Counted from the stretch's first letter, positions 1 to 14,400 are shown. The stretch is DNA of 64,000 nucleotides from Eledone cirrhosa (GCA_964016885.1 OZ024741.1:245582001-245646000); one strand, 5' to 3'. Notes: generated by a model from the letters alone, not told the origin. Numbers and translations are program-made.

Positions 1-3000
1 AATGGATTTTTAATGGATTTTTTTAAATTGATTTTTTTTAATGGATTTTTTTTAATGGATTTTTTTTTAATGGATTTTTTTAATGGGTTTTTTTAATGGC
101 TTTTTTAAATGGATTTTTTTAATGGTTTTTTTTTTATGGGTTTTTTAAATGGATTTTTTAATGGATTTTTAATTGATTTTTAATGGATTTTTAATGGATT
201 TTTAATGGGTTTTTAATGGATTTTTTTAAATGGATTTTTTTAATGGATTTTTAATGGATTTTTTTAATGGATTTTTTTAATGGGTTTTTTTAATGGATTT
301 TTTTTTAATGGATTTTTTTTAATGGGTTTTTTTTAATGGATTTTTTTTAATGGATTTTTTAAATGGATTTTTTTAATGGATTTTTTTTAATGGGTTTTTT
401 TAAATGGATTTTTTTTAATGGATTTTTTAAATGAATTTTTTTAATGGATTTTTTTAATGGGTTTTTTAAATGGATTTTTTAATGGATTTTTAATGGATTT
501 TTAATGGATTTTTAATGGATTTTTTAATGGATTTTTTTAAATGGATTTTTTTAATGGATTTTGAATGCATTTTTTTTAATGGATTTTTTTAATGGATTTT
601 TTTTTTAATGGATTTTTTTTTAATGGATTTTTTTTTAATGAATTTTTTTTAATGGGTTTTTTAAATGGATTTTTTAATGGATTTTTAATGGATTTTTAAT
701 GGGTTTTTAATGGATTTTTTAATGGATTTTTTAAATGGATTTTTTTAATGGATTTTTAATGGATTTTTTTTAATGGATTTTTTTAATGGATTTTTTAATG
801 GATTTTTTAATGGATTTTTTTTAATGGATTTTTTTAATGGATTTTTTAAATGGATTTTTTTAATGGATTTTTTTAATGGTTTTTTTTTAATGGATTTTTT
901 TTTAATGGATTTTTTAAATGGATTTTTTTAATGGATTTTTTTTAATGGGTTTTTTAAATGGATTTTTTAATGGATTTTTAATGGATTTTTAATGGATTTT
1001 TAATGGGTTTTTAATGGATTTTTTTAAATGGATTTTTTTAATGGATTTTTAATGGATTTTTTTAAATTGATTTTTTTTAATGGATTTTTTTTTTAATGGA
1101 TTTTTTTTTAATGGATTTTTTTTTAATGGATTTTTTTAATGGGTTTTTTAAATGGATTTTTTAATGGATTTTTAATGGATTTATAATGGGTTTTTTTAAA
1201 TTGATTTTTTTAATGGGTTTTTTTAATGGCTTTTTTTAAATGGGTTTTTTTAATGGCTTTTTTAAATGGATTTTTTTAATGGATTTTTTAATGGATTTTT
1301 TTTAATGGGTTTTTTAAATGGATTTTTTAATGGATTTTTTTAAATGGATTTTTTTAATGGATTTTTAATGGATTTTTTTAAATTGATTTTTTTTAATGGA
1401 TTTTTTTTAATGGATTTTTTTTTTAATGGATTTTTTTAATGCGTTTTTTTAATGGCTTTTTTAAATGGATTTTTTTAATGGTTTTTTTTTAATGGGTTTT
1501 TTAAATGGATTTTTTAATGGATTTTTAATTGATTTTTAATGGATTTTTAATGGGTTTTTAATGGATTTTTGAAATGGATTTTTTAATGGATTTTTTTTAA
1601 TGGGTTTTTTAAATGGATTTTTTTAATGGATTTTTAATGGATTTTTAATGGATTTTTAATGGGTTTTTAATGGATTTTTTAAATGGATTTTTTTAATGGA
1701 TTTTTAATGGATTTTTTTAATGGATTTTTTTTAATGGTTTCTTTTAATGGATTTTTTTTAATGGATTTTTTTTAATGGGTTTTTTTTTTAATGGATTTTT
1801 TTTAATGGATTTTTTTAATGGATTTTTTTAATGGATTTTTAATGGATTTTTTTTAATGGATTTTTTTAATGGATTTTTTAATGGATTTTTTTATGGATTT
1901 TTTTTAATGGATTTTTTTTAATGGATTTTTTAAATGGATTTTTTTAATGGATTTTTTTAATGGGTTTTTTTAATGGATTTCTTTTTAATGGATTTTTTAA
2001 ATGGATTTTTTTAATGGATTTTTTTAATGGGTTTTTTAAATGGATTTTTTAATGTATTTTTAATGGATTTTTAATGGATTTTTAATGGGTTTTTAATGGA
2101 TTTTTTTTAATGGATTTTTTTAATGGATTTTTAATGGATTTTTTTAATGGATTTTTTTTAATGGGTTTTTTTTAATGGATTTTTTTTTAATGGATTTTTT
2201 TAATGGGTTTTTTAAATGGATTTTTTACTGGATTTTTAATGGATTTTTAATGGGTTTTTAATGGATTTTTTTAAATTGATTTTTTTAATGGGTTTTTTTT
2301 AATGGCTTTTTTTTAATGGGTTTATTTAATGGCTTTTTTAAATGGATTTTTTAAATGGATTTTTTTAATGGATTTTTTTTAATGGGTTTTTTAAATGGAT
2401 TTTTTAATGGATTTTTTTAAATTGATTTTTTTTAATGGATTTTTTTTAATGGATTTTTTTTTTAATGGATTTTTTTAATGGGTTTTTTTAATGGCTTTTT
2501 TAAATGGATTTTTTTAATGGATTTTTTTAATGGATTTTTTTTAATGGGTTTTTTAAATGGATTTTTTAATGGATTTTTAATAGATTTTTAATGGATTTTT
2601 AATGGGTTTTTAATGGATTTTTTAAATGGATTTTTTTAATGGATTTTTTTAATGGATTTTTTTAATGGATTTTTTTTAATGGGTTTTTTAAATGGATTTT
2701 TTAATGGATTTTTAATAGATTTTTAATGGATTTTTAATGGATTTTTAATGGATTTTTAATGGATTTTTAATGGTTTTTAATGGATTTTTTAAATGGATTT
2801 TTTTAATGGATTTTTTATGGATTTTTTAAATTGATTTTTTTTAATGGATTTTTTTTAATGGATTTTTTTTAATGGATTTTTTTTTTTAATGGATTTTTTT
2901 TTAATGGGTTTTTTTAATGGCTTTTTTAAATGGATTTTTTTAATGGATTTCTTTAATGGATTTTTTTAATGGATTTTTTTTAATGGGTTTTTTTAATGGC

Positions 3001-3923
3001 TTTTTTAAATGGATTTTTTTAATGGATTTTTTTTAATGGGTTTTTTTTTAATGGATTTTTTTTAATGGATTTTTTAAATGGATTTTTTTAATGAATTTTT
3101 TTTAATGGGTTTTTTTAAATGGATTTTTTTTAATGGATTTTTTAAATGAATTTTTTTAATGGATTTTTTTAATGGGTTTTTTTAAATGGATTTTTTAATG
3201 GATTTTTAATGGATTTTTAATGGGTTTTTAATGGATTTTTTAATGGATTTTTTTAAATGGATTTTTTTAATGGATTTTTAATGGATTTTTTTTAATGGAT
3301 TTTTTTAATGGATTTTTTAATGGATTTTTTAATGGATTTTTTTTAATGGATTTTTTTAATGGATTTTTTAAATGGATTTTTTAATGGATTTTTTTAATGG
3401 TTTTTTTTTAATGGATTTTTTTTTAATGGATTTTTTTAATGGATTTTTTTAATGGATTTTTTTTAATGGGTTTTTTAAATGGATTTTTTAATGGATTTTT
3501 AATGGATTTTTAATGGATTTTTAATGGGTTTTTAATGGATTTTTTTAAATGGATTTTTTTAATGGATTTTTAATGGATTTTTTTAAATTGATTTTTTTTA
3601 ATGGATTTTTTTTTTAATGAATTTTTTTTTAATGGATTTTTTTTTAATGGATTTTTTTAATGGGTTTTTTAAATGGATTTTTTAATGGATTTTTAATGGA
3701 TTTTTAATGGGTTTTTTTAAATTGATTTTTTTAATGGGTTTTTTTTAATGGCTTTTTTTAATGGCTTTTTTTAATGGCTTTTTTAAATGGATTTTTTTAA
3801 TGGATTTTTTAATGGATTTTTTTTAATGGGTTTTTTAAATGGATTTTTTAATGGATTTTTTTTTAATGGATTTTTTTAATGGATTTTTAATTGATTTTTT
3901 TAAATTGATTTTTTTTAATGGAT
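1..3923. repeat. Short-unit satellite AATGGA(T)n, n about 5-10 (unit about 11-16 bp); variants AATGGG(T)n, AAATGGA, AATGGC, AAATTGA, AATGAA
   Basis: Read directly: uninterrupted head-to-tail repeats from base 1 to the gap, roughly 300 units (length divided by ~13 bp). The + strand has almost no C. Truncated by the window edge and the gap. Confidence 0.97.
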
Positions 3924-4123
3924 NNNNNNNNNNNNNNNNNNNNNNNNNNNNNNNNNNNNNNNNNNNNNNNNNNNNNNNNNNNNNNNNNNNNNNNNNNNNN
4001 NNNNNNNNNNNNNNNNNNNNNNNNNNNNNNNNNNNNNNNNNNNNNNNNNNNNNNNNNNNNNNNNNNNNNNNNNNNNNNNNNNNNNNNNNNNNNNNNNNNN
4101 NNNNNNNNNNNNNNNNNNNNNNN
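3924..4123. other. Assembly/scaffold gap of exactly 200 N (true length unknown)
   Basis: The N run starts at 3924 and ends at 4123. A round fixed length is typical of a scaffolding placeholder. The satellite family differs on each side. Confidence 0.97.
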
Positions 4124-4539
4124 ACCCCTGATTTTTTTTTACAAATTATCTCCCCCTGATTTTTTTTTTACAAATTATCTCCCCCTGATTTTTTTTTACA
4201 AATTATCTCCGCCTGATTTTTTTTTTAAATTATCTCTCCTTGGACGGCTGGAAATTATCTCCCCTTGGACGGCTGGAAATTATCTCACCTTGGACGGCTA
4301 GAAATTACCTCTCCTTGGACGGCTGAAAATTATCTCCCCTTGGACGGCTGGAAATTATCTCCCCTTGGACGGCTAGAAATTACCTCTCCTTGGACGGCTG
4401 GAAATTATCTCCCCTTGGACGGCTGGAAATTATCTCCCCTTGGACGGCTGGAAATTATTTCCCCTTGATTTTTTTTTACAAATTATCTACCCCTGATTTT
4501 TTTTACAAATTATCTCCCCCTGATTTTTTTATCTCCCCT

Positions 4540-6320
4540 TGGACGGCTAGAAATTATCTCCCCTTGGACGGCTGCAAATTATCTCCCCTTGATTTTTTTA
4601 CAAATTATCTCCCCGATTTTTTTTTTACAAATTATCTCTCCCTGATTTTTTTTTACAAATTATCTACCCCTGATTTTTTTTTAAAAATTATCTCCCCCTG
4701 ATTTTTTTTACAAATTATCTCCCCCTGATTTTTTTTACAAATTATCTCCCCCTGATTTTTTTACAAATTATCTCCCCCTGATTTTTTTTACAAATTATCT
4801 CCGCTTGATTTTTTTAAATATTATCTTCCCTTGGCTGGCGGGAAATTATCTCCCCTTGGACGGCTGGAAATTATCTCCCCTTGGAAGGATGGAAATTATC
4901 TCCCCTTGGACGGCTGGAAATTATCTCCCCTTGCACTGCTGGAAATTATCTCCCCTTGGACGGCTGGAAATTATCTGCCCTTGATTTTGTTTTTACAAAT
5001 TATCTTCCCCTGATTTTTTTTACAAATTATCTCCACCTGATTTTTTTAAAAATTATCTTCCCTTGGCTGGCGGGAAATTATCTCCCCCTGATTTTTTTTA
5101 CAAATCTCCCAGTGATTTTTAAAAAAAGAATTATCTCCCCTTCGCTGGCTGGAAATTATCTCCCCTTGGACGCTGGAAATTATAGCCCCTTGGAGGGCTG
5201 GAAATTATCTTCCCTTGGACGGCAGGAAATTATCTCCCCTTGATTTTTTTTACAAATTATCTTCCCCTGATTTTTTTTTTACAAATTATCTCCCCCTGAT
5301 TTTTTTACAAATTATCTCCGCCTGATTTTTTAAAATATTATCTTCCCTTGGCTGGCGGGAAATTATCTTCCCTTGGACGGCTGGAAATTTTCTCCCCTTG
5401 GAAGGATGGAAATTATCTCCCCTTGGACGGATGGAAATTATCTCCCCTTGCACTGCTGGAAATTATCTCCCCTTGGACGGCTGGAAATTATCTGCCCTTG
5501 ATTTTGTTTTTACAAATTATCTTCCCCTGATTTTTTTACAAATTATCTCCACCTGATTTTTTAAAAAAATATCTCCCCTTGGACGGCTGGAAATTATCTC
5601 CCCTTGGACGGCTAGAAATTACTTCTCCTTGGACGGCTGAAAATTATCTCCCCTTGGACGGCTGCAAATTATCTCCCCTTGATTTTTTTACAAATTATCT
5701 CCCCGATTTTTTTTTTACAAATTATCTCTCCCTGATTTTTTTTTACAAATTATCTACCCCTGATTTTTTTTTACAAATTATCTCCCCCTGATTTTTTTTA
5801 CAAATTATCTCCCCCTGATTTTTTTTACAAATTATCTCCCCCTGATTTTTTTACAAATTATCTCCCCCTGATTTTTTTTACAAATTATCTCCGCTTGATT
5901 TTTTTAAATATTTTCTTCCCTTGGCTGGCGGGAAATTATCTCCCCTTGGACGGCTGGAAATTATCTCCCCTTGGAAGGATGGAAATTATCTCCCCTTGGA
6001 CGGCTGGAAATTATCTCCCCTTGCACTGCTGGAAATTATCTCCCCTTGGACGGCTGGAAATTATCTGCCCTTGATTTTGTTTTTACAAATTATCTTCCCC
6101 TGATTTTTTTTACAAATTATCTTCCCTTGGCTGGCGGGAAATTATCTCCCCCTGATTTTTTTTACAAATCTCCCAGTGATTTTAAAAAAAAAATTATCTC
6201 CCCTTCGCTGGCTGGAAATTATCTCCCCTTGGACGCTGGAAATTATAGCCCCTTGGAGGGCTGGAAATTATCTTCCCTTGGACGGCAGGAAATTATCTCC
6301 CCTTGATTTTTTTTACAAAT
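4540..6320 (+). repeat. Local higher-order repeat, offset ~1090 bp, with a partial copy at offset 517
   Basis: Marker ORFs 4831/5921 and 4881/5971 (offset 1090), and 4831/5348 (517). Shared variants GCACTGCTGG and GGCAGGAAA. Confidence 0.8.
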
Positions 6321-8429
6321 TATCTCCCCCTGATTTTTTTTTTACAAATTATCTCCTCCTGATTTTTTTTTTACAAATTATCTCCCCCTGATTTTTTTTT
6401 ACAAATTATCAACCCCTGATTTTTTTTACAAATTATCTCCCCCTGATTTTTTTTTACAAATTATCTCCCCCTGATTTTTTTTTACAAATTATCTCCCCCT
6501 GATTTTTTTTTTACAAATTATCTCCCCCTGATTTTTTTACAAATTATCTCCCCCTGATTTTTTTTACAATCTCCGCCTGATTTTTTAAAAAATTATCTTC
6601 CCTTGGCTGGCGGGAAATTATCTCCCCTTGGACGGCTGGAAACTATCTCCCCTTGCACGGCTGGAAATTATCTCCCCTTGGACAGCTGGAAATTATCTGC
6701 CCTTAATTTTGTTTTTACAAATTATCTCCCCCTGATTTTTTTTACAAATTATCTCCACCTGATTTTTTAAAAAATTATCTCCCCTTGGACGGCTGGAAAT
6801 TATCTCCCCTTGGCTGGAAATTATCTCCCCTTGGACGGCTAGAAATTATCTCTCTTTGGACGGCTGGAAATTATCTCCCTTTGATTTTTTTTACAAATTA
6901 TCTCCCTCTGATTTTTTTTACAAATCTCCCCTTGATTTTTTTAAAAAATTGTCTCCCCTTCGCTGGCTGGAAATTATCTCCCCTTGGACACTGGAAATTA
7001 TAGCCCCTTGGAGGGCTGGAAATTATCTTCCCTTGGACGGCTGGAAATTATCTCCCCTTGATTTTTTTTACAAATTATCTCCCCCTGATTTTTTTTTACA
7101 AATTATCTACCCCTGATTTTTTTTTACAAATTATATCCCCCTGATTTTTTTTACAAACTATCTCCCCCTGATTTTTTTTTTACAAATTATCTCCCCCTGA
7201 TTTTTTTACAAATTATCTCCCCCTGATTTTTTTTACAAATTATCTCCGCCTGATTTTTTTAAATATTATCTTCCCTTGGCTGGCGGGAAATTATCTCCCT
7301 TTGGAAGGATGGAAATTATCTCCCCTTGGACGGCTGGAAATTATCTCCCCTTGCACTGCTGGAAATTATCTCCCCTTGGACGGCTGGAAATTATCTGCCC
7401 TTGATTTTGTTTTTACAAATTATCTTCCCCTGATTTTTTTTACAAATTATCTCCACCTGATTTTTTTTTAAATTATCTCCCCTTGGACGGCTGGAAATTA
7501 TCTCCCCTTGGACGGCTAGAAATTATCTCTCTTTGGACGGCTGGAAATTATCTCCCCTTGATTTTTTTTACAAATTATCTCCCCCTGATTTTTTTTTACA
7601 AATTATCTCCCCCTGATTTTTTTTTACAACTTATCTCCGCCTGATTATTTTTTAAAAATTATCTCCCCTTGGACGGCTGGAAATTATCTCCACTTGGACG
7701 GCTGGAAATTATCTCCCCTTGGACGGCTGGAAATTATCTCCCATTGAATTTTTTTACAAATTATCTCCCCTTGGCTGGCTGGAAATTATCTCCCCTTGGC
7801 TGGCTGGAAATTATCTCCCCCTGATATTTTTTTCACAAATTATCTCCCCCTGATTTTTTTTACAAATTATCTCCCCTGATTTTGAAAAAAAAATTATCTC
7901 CCCTTGGACGGCTGGAAATTATCGCCCCCTGATTTTTTTTAACAAATCATCTCCGCCTGATTTTTCAAAAAAATTATCTCCCTTGGACGGCTATAAATTA
8001 TCTCTCCTTCGACGGCTGGAAATTATCTCCCCTTGATTTTTTTACAAATTATATGCCCCTGATTTTTATTAACAAATTATCTACCCCTGATTTTTTTACA
8101 AATTATCTCCCCCTGATTTTTTTTTACAAATTATCTCCCCCTGATTTTTTTTTTACAAATTATCTCCGCCTGATTTTTTTAAAATTATCTCGCCTTGGCT
8201 GGATGGAAATTATCTCCCCTTGGACGGCTGGAAATGATCTCCCCTTGGAAGGATGGAAATTATCTCCCCTTGGACGGCTGGAAATTATCTCCCCTTGCAC
8301 GGCTGGAAATTATCTCCCCTTGGACGGCTAGAAATTACCTCTCCTTGGACGGCTGAAAATTATCTCCCCTTGGACGGCTGCAAATTATCTCCCCCTGATT
8401 TTTTTTACAAATTATCTCCCCTTGCACGG

Positions 8430-11400
8430 CTGGAAATTATCTCCCCTTGGACGGCTGGAAATTATCTGCCCTTGATTTTGTTTTTACAAATTATCTCCCC
8501 CTGATTTTTTTAAAAATTATCTCCTGATTTTTGAAAAAATTATCTCCCCTTCGACGGCTGGAAATTATCTCCCGTTTGCTGGAAATTATCTTCCCTTGGA
8601 CGGCTGGAAATTATCTCCCCTTGATTTTTGTTACATATTATCTCCCCCTGATTTTTTTTTACAAATTATCTCCCCGATTTTTTTCTACAAATTATCTCCC
8701 CCTGATTTTTTTGTTACAAATTATCTCCGCCTGATTTTTTTAAAAAAATCTATCCTTGGACGGCTGGAAATTATCTCCCCTTGGACGGCTGGAAATTAAC
8801 TCCCCTTGGACGGCTAGAAATTACCTCTCCTTGGACGGCTGAAAATTATCTCCCCTTGGCTGGCTGGAAATTATCTCCCCTTGGAGGCTGGAATTTATCT
8901 CCCCTTGGACGGCTGGAAATTATCTCCCCTTGGACGGCTAGAAATTACCTCTCCTTGGACGGCTGGAAATTATCTCCCCTTGAACGCCTGGAAATTATCT
9001 CCCCTTGGACGGCTGGAAATTATCTCCCCTTGGACGGCTGGAAATTATCTCCCCTTGGACGGCTAGAAATTACCTCTCCTTGGACGGCTGGAAATTATCT
9101 CCCCTTGGACGGCTGGAAATTATCTCCCCTTGGACGGCTGGAAATTATTTCCCCTTGATTTTTTTTTACAAATTATCTACCCCTGATTTTTTTTTACAAA
9201 TTATCTCCCCCTGATTTTTTTTACAAATTATCTCCCCCTGATTTTTTTTTACAAATTATCTCCCCCTGATTTTTTTTACAAATTATCTCCCCCTGATTTT
9301 TTTTTACAAATTATCTCCCCCTGATTTTTTTTTACAAATTATCTCCCCCTGATTTTTTTACAAATTATCTCCCCCTGATTTTTTTTACAAATTATCTCCG
9401 CCTGATTTTTTAAAATATTATCTTCCCTTGGCTGGCGGGAAATTATCTCCCCTTGGACGGCTGGAAATTATCTGCCCTTGATTTTCTTTTTACAAATTAA
9501 CTTCCACTGATTTTTTTTACAAATTATCTCCACCTGATTTTTTTAAAAATTATCTCCCCTTGGAAGGCTGGAAATTATCTCCCCTTGGCTGGAAATTATC
9601 TCCCCTTGGACGGCTAGAAATTATCTCTCTTTGGACGGCTGGAAATTATCACCCCTTGAGTTTTTTACAAATTATCTCCCCCTGATTTTTTTTACAAATC
9701 TCCCAGTGATTTTTAAAAAAAAATTATCTTCCCTTCGCTGGCTGGAAATTATCTCCCCTTGGACGCTGGAAATTATAGCCCCTTGGAGGGCTGGAAATTA
9801 TCTTCCCTTGGACGGCTGGAAATTACCTCCCCTTGATTTTTTTTACAAATTATCTCCCCCTGATTTTTTTTTACAAATTATCTCCCCCTGATTTTTTTTT
9901 ACAACTTATCTGCGCCTGATTTTTTTAAAAAAATTATCTCCCCTTGGACGGCTGGAAATTATCTCCCCTTGGACGGCTGGAAATTATCTCTCCTTGGACG
10001 GCTAGAATTTACCTCTCCTTGGACGGCTGAAAATTATCTCCCCTTGGACGGCTGGAAATTATCTCCCCTTGATTTTTTTTACAAATTATCTCCCCCTGAT
10101 TTTTTTTTACAAATTATCTCCCCCTGATTTTTTTACAAATTATCTCCCACTGATTTTTTTTACAAATTATCTCCGCCTGATTTTTTTAAATATTATCTCT
10201 CCTTGGCTGGCGGAAAATTATCTCCCCTTGGACGGCTGGAAATTATCTCCCCTTGGAAGGATGGAAATTATCTCCCCTTGGACGGCTGGAAATTATCTAC
10301 CCCTGATTTTTTTTACAAATTATCTCCCCCTGATTTTTTTTACAAATTATCTCCCCCTGATTTTTTTTACAAATTATCTACCCCTGATTTTTTTTACAAA
10401 TTATCTCCCCCTGATTTTTTTTTACAAATTATCTCCCCCTGATTTTTTTACAAATTATCTCCCCCTGATTTTTTTTACAATCTCCGCCTGATTTTTTTAA
10501 AAATTGTCTTCCCTTGGCTGGCTGGAAATTATCTCCCCTTGGACACTGGAAATTATAGCCCCTTGGAGGGCTGGAAATTATCTTCCCTTGGACGGCTGGA
10601 AATTATCTCCCCTTGATTTTTTTTACAAATTATCTCCGCCTGATTTTTTTTTACAAATTATCTCCCCCTGATTTTTTTTTACAAATTATCTACCCCTGAT
10701 TTTTTTTTACAAATTATCTCCCCCTGATTTTTTTTACAAATTATCTCCCCCTGATTTTTCTTTTACAAATTATCTCCCCCTGATTTTTTTACAAATTATC
10801 TCCCCCTGATTTTTTTTACAAATTATCTCCGCCTGATTTTTTTAAATATTATCTTCCCTTGGCTGGCGGGAAATTATCTCCCCTTGGACGGCTGGAAATT
10901 GTCTGCCCTTGATTTTCTTTTTACAAATTATCTTCCACTGATTTTTTTTACAAATTATCTCCACCTGATTTTTTAAAAAATTATCTCCCCTTGGAAGGCT
11001 GGAAATTATCTCCCCTTGGACGGCTGGAAATTATCTCCCCTTGGACGGCTAGAAATTATCTCTCCTTGGACGGCTGAAAATTATCTCCCCTTGGACGGCT
11101 GCAAATTATCTCCCCTTGATTTTTTTTACAAATTATCTCCCCCTGATTTTTTTTACAAATTATCTCCCCCTGATTTTTTTACAAATTATCTACCCCTGAT
11201 TTTTTTTACAAATTATCTCCCCCTGATTTTTTTTTACAAATTATCTCCCCCTGATTTTTTTTTACAAATTATCTCCCCCTGATTTTTTTTTTACAAATTA
11301 TCTCCCCCTGATTTTTTTACAAATTATCTCCCCCTGATTTTTTTTACAATCTCCGCCTGATTTTTTTAAAAATTATCTTCCCTTGGCTGGCGGGAAATTA

Positions 11401-14400
11401 TCTCCCCTTGGACGGCTGGAAATTATCTCCCCTTGGAAGGATGGAAATTATCTCCCCTTGGACGGCTGGAAATTATCTCCCCTTGCACGGCTGGAAATTA
11501 TCTCCCCTTGGCTGGAAATTATCTCCCCTTGGACGGCTAGAAATTATCTCTCTTTGGACGGCTGGAAATTATCTCCCTTTGATTTTTTTTACAAATTATC
11601 TCCCTCTGATTTTTTTTACAAATCTCCCCCTGATTTTTTTAAAAAAATTATCTCCCCTTCGCTGGCTGGAAATTATCTTCCCTTGGACGGCTGGAAATTA
11701 TCTCCCCTTGATTTTTTTTACAAATTATCTCCGCCTGATTTTTTTTTTAAATTATCTCTCCTTGGACGGCTGGAAATTATCTCCCCTTGATTTTTTTTAC
11801 AAATAATCTCCCCCTGATTTTTTTTTATAAATTATCTCCCCCTGATTTTTTTTTACAAATTATCTACCCCTGATTTTTTTTTACAAATTATCTCCCCCTG
11901 ATTTTTTTTACAAATTATCTCCCCCTGATTTTTCTTTTACAAATTATCTCCCCCTGATTTTTTTACAGATTATCTCCCCCTGATTTTTTTTACAAATTGT
12001 CTCCGCCTGATTTTTTTAAATATTATCTTCCCTTGGCTGGCGGGAAATTACCTCCCCTTGGACGGCTGGAAATTATCTGCCCTTGATTTTCTTTTTACAA
12101 ATTATCTTCCACTGATTTTTTTTACAAATTATCTCCACCTGATTTTTTAAAAAATTATCTCCCCTTGGAAGGCTGGAAATTATCTCCCCTTGGACGGCTA
12201 GAAATTATCTCTCTTTGGACGGCTGGAAATTATCACCCCTTGAGTTTTTTACAAATTATCTCCCCCTGATTTTTTTTACAAATCTCCCAGTGATTTTTTT
12301 AAAAAAATTATCTCCCCTTCGCTGGCTGGAAATTATCTCCCCTTGGACGCTGGAAATTATAGCCCCTTGGAGGGCTGGAAATTATCTTCCCTTGGACGGC
12401 TGGAAATTATCTCCCCTTGATTTTTTTTACAAATTATCTCCCCCTGATTTTTTTTTACAAATTATCTCCCCCTGATGTTTTTTTACAACTTATCTGCGCC
12501 TGATTTTTTTAAAAAAATTATCTCCCCTTGGACGGCTGGAAATTATCTCCCCTTGGACGGCTGGAAATTATCTCTCCTTGGACGGCTAGAATTTAGCTCT
12601 CCTTGGACGGCTGAAAATTATCTCCCCTTGAACGGCTGGAAATTATCTCCCCTTGATTTTTTTTACAAATTATCTCCCCCTTTTTTTTTTTTACAAATTA
12701 TCTCCCCCTGATTTTTTTTTACAAATTATCTCCCCCTGATTTTTTTTACAAATTATCTCCCCCCTGATTTTTTTACAAATTATCTCCCCTTGGCTGGTTG
12801 GAAATTATCTCCCCTTGGAGGCTGGAACTTATCTCCCCTTGGACGGCTAGAAATTACCTCTCCTTGGACGGCTGGAAAATATGTCTCCTTGGACGGCTGG
12901 ATATTATCTCCCCTTGGACGGCTGGAAATTATCTCCCCTTGGACGGCTTGAAATTATCTCCCCTTGGATGGCTAGATATTACCTCCCCTTGGACGGCTGG
13001 AAATTATCTCCCCTTGATTTTTTTAACAAATTATCTCCCCCTGATTTTTTTTACAAATTATCTCCCCCTGATTTTTTTAAAAAAATTATCTCCCCCTGAT
13101 TTTTGTTTACAAATTATCTCCGCCTGATTTTTTTTAACAAATTATCTCCCCTTGGACGGCTGGAAATTATCTCCCCTTGGACGGCTGGAAATTATATCTC
13201 CTTGGACGGCTAGAATTTACCTCTCCTTGGACGGCTGAAAATTATCTCCCCTTGGACGGCTGGAAATTATCTCCCCTTGATTTTTTTTACAAATTATCTC
13301 CCCCTGATTTTTTTTTACAAATTATCTCCCCCTGATTTTTTTTTACAAATTATCTCCCCCTGATTTTTTTTTACAAATTATCTCCCCCTGATTTTTTTAC
13401 AAATTATCTCCCCTTGGCTGGCTGGAAATTATCTCCCCTTGGAGGCTGGAACTTATCTCCACTTGGACGGCTAGAAATTACCTCTCCTTGGACGGCTGGA
13501 AAATATGTCTCCTTGGACGGCTGGATATTATCTCCCCTTGGACGGCTGGAAATTATCTCCCCTTGGACGGCTGGAAATTATCTCCCCTTGGATGGCTAGA
13601 TATTACCTCCCCTTGGACGGCTGGAAATTATCTCCCCTTGATTTTTTTTACAAATTATCTCCCCCTGATTTTTTTTTACAAATTATCTCCCCCTGATTTT
13701 TTTTTACAAATTATCTCCCCCTGATTTTTGTTTACAAATTATCTCCGCCTGATTTTTTTTTTTAAATTATCTCCCCTTGGACGGCTGGAAATTATCTCCC
13801 CTTGGACGGCTAGAAATTACCTCTCCTTGGACGGCTGAAAATTATCTCCCCTTGGACGGCTGGAAATTATCTCCCCTTGATTTTTTTACAAATTATCTCC
13901 CCCTGATTTTTTTTTTACAAATTATCTCCCCCTGATTTTTTTTTACAAATTATCTACCCCTGATTTTTTTTTACAAATTATCTCCCCCTGATTTTTTTTT
14001 ACAAATTATCTACCCCTGATTTTTTTTACAAATTATCTCCCCCTGATTTTTTTTACAAATTATCTCCCCCTGATTTTTTTTTTACAAATTATCTCCCCCT
14101 GATTTTTTTACAAATTATCTCCCCCTGATTTTTTTTACAAATTATCTCCGCCGGATTTTTTTAAATATTATCTTCCCTTGGCTTGCGGGAAATTATCTCC
14201 CCTTGGACGGCTGAAAATTATCTCCCCTTGGACGGCTGGAAATTATCTCTCCTTGGACGGCTAGAATTTACCTCTCCTTGGACGGCTGAAAATTATCTCC
14301 CCTTGGACGGCTGGAAATTATCTCCCCTTGATTTTTTTTACAAATTATCTCCCCCTGATTTTTTTTTACAAATTATCTCCCCCTGATTTTTTTTTACAAA

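Noticed and set aside
1-3923. Canonical telomerase repeat, or human satellite III (GGAAT)n
   Set aside because: AATGG is a rotation of GGAAT, but here each copy is separated by a variable T tract. The unit matches no telomere motif I recognise, and kb-scale internal duplications point to recombinational amplification.
3839-4301. Two ORFs spanning the N run
   Set aside because: Artefacts of translating through the 200-N gap.
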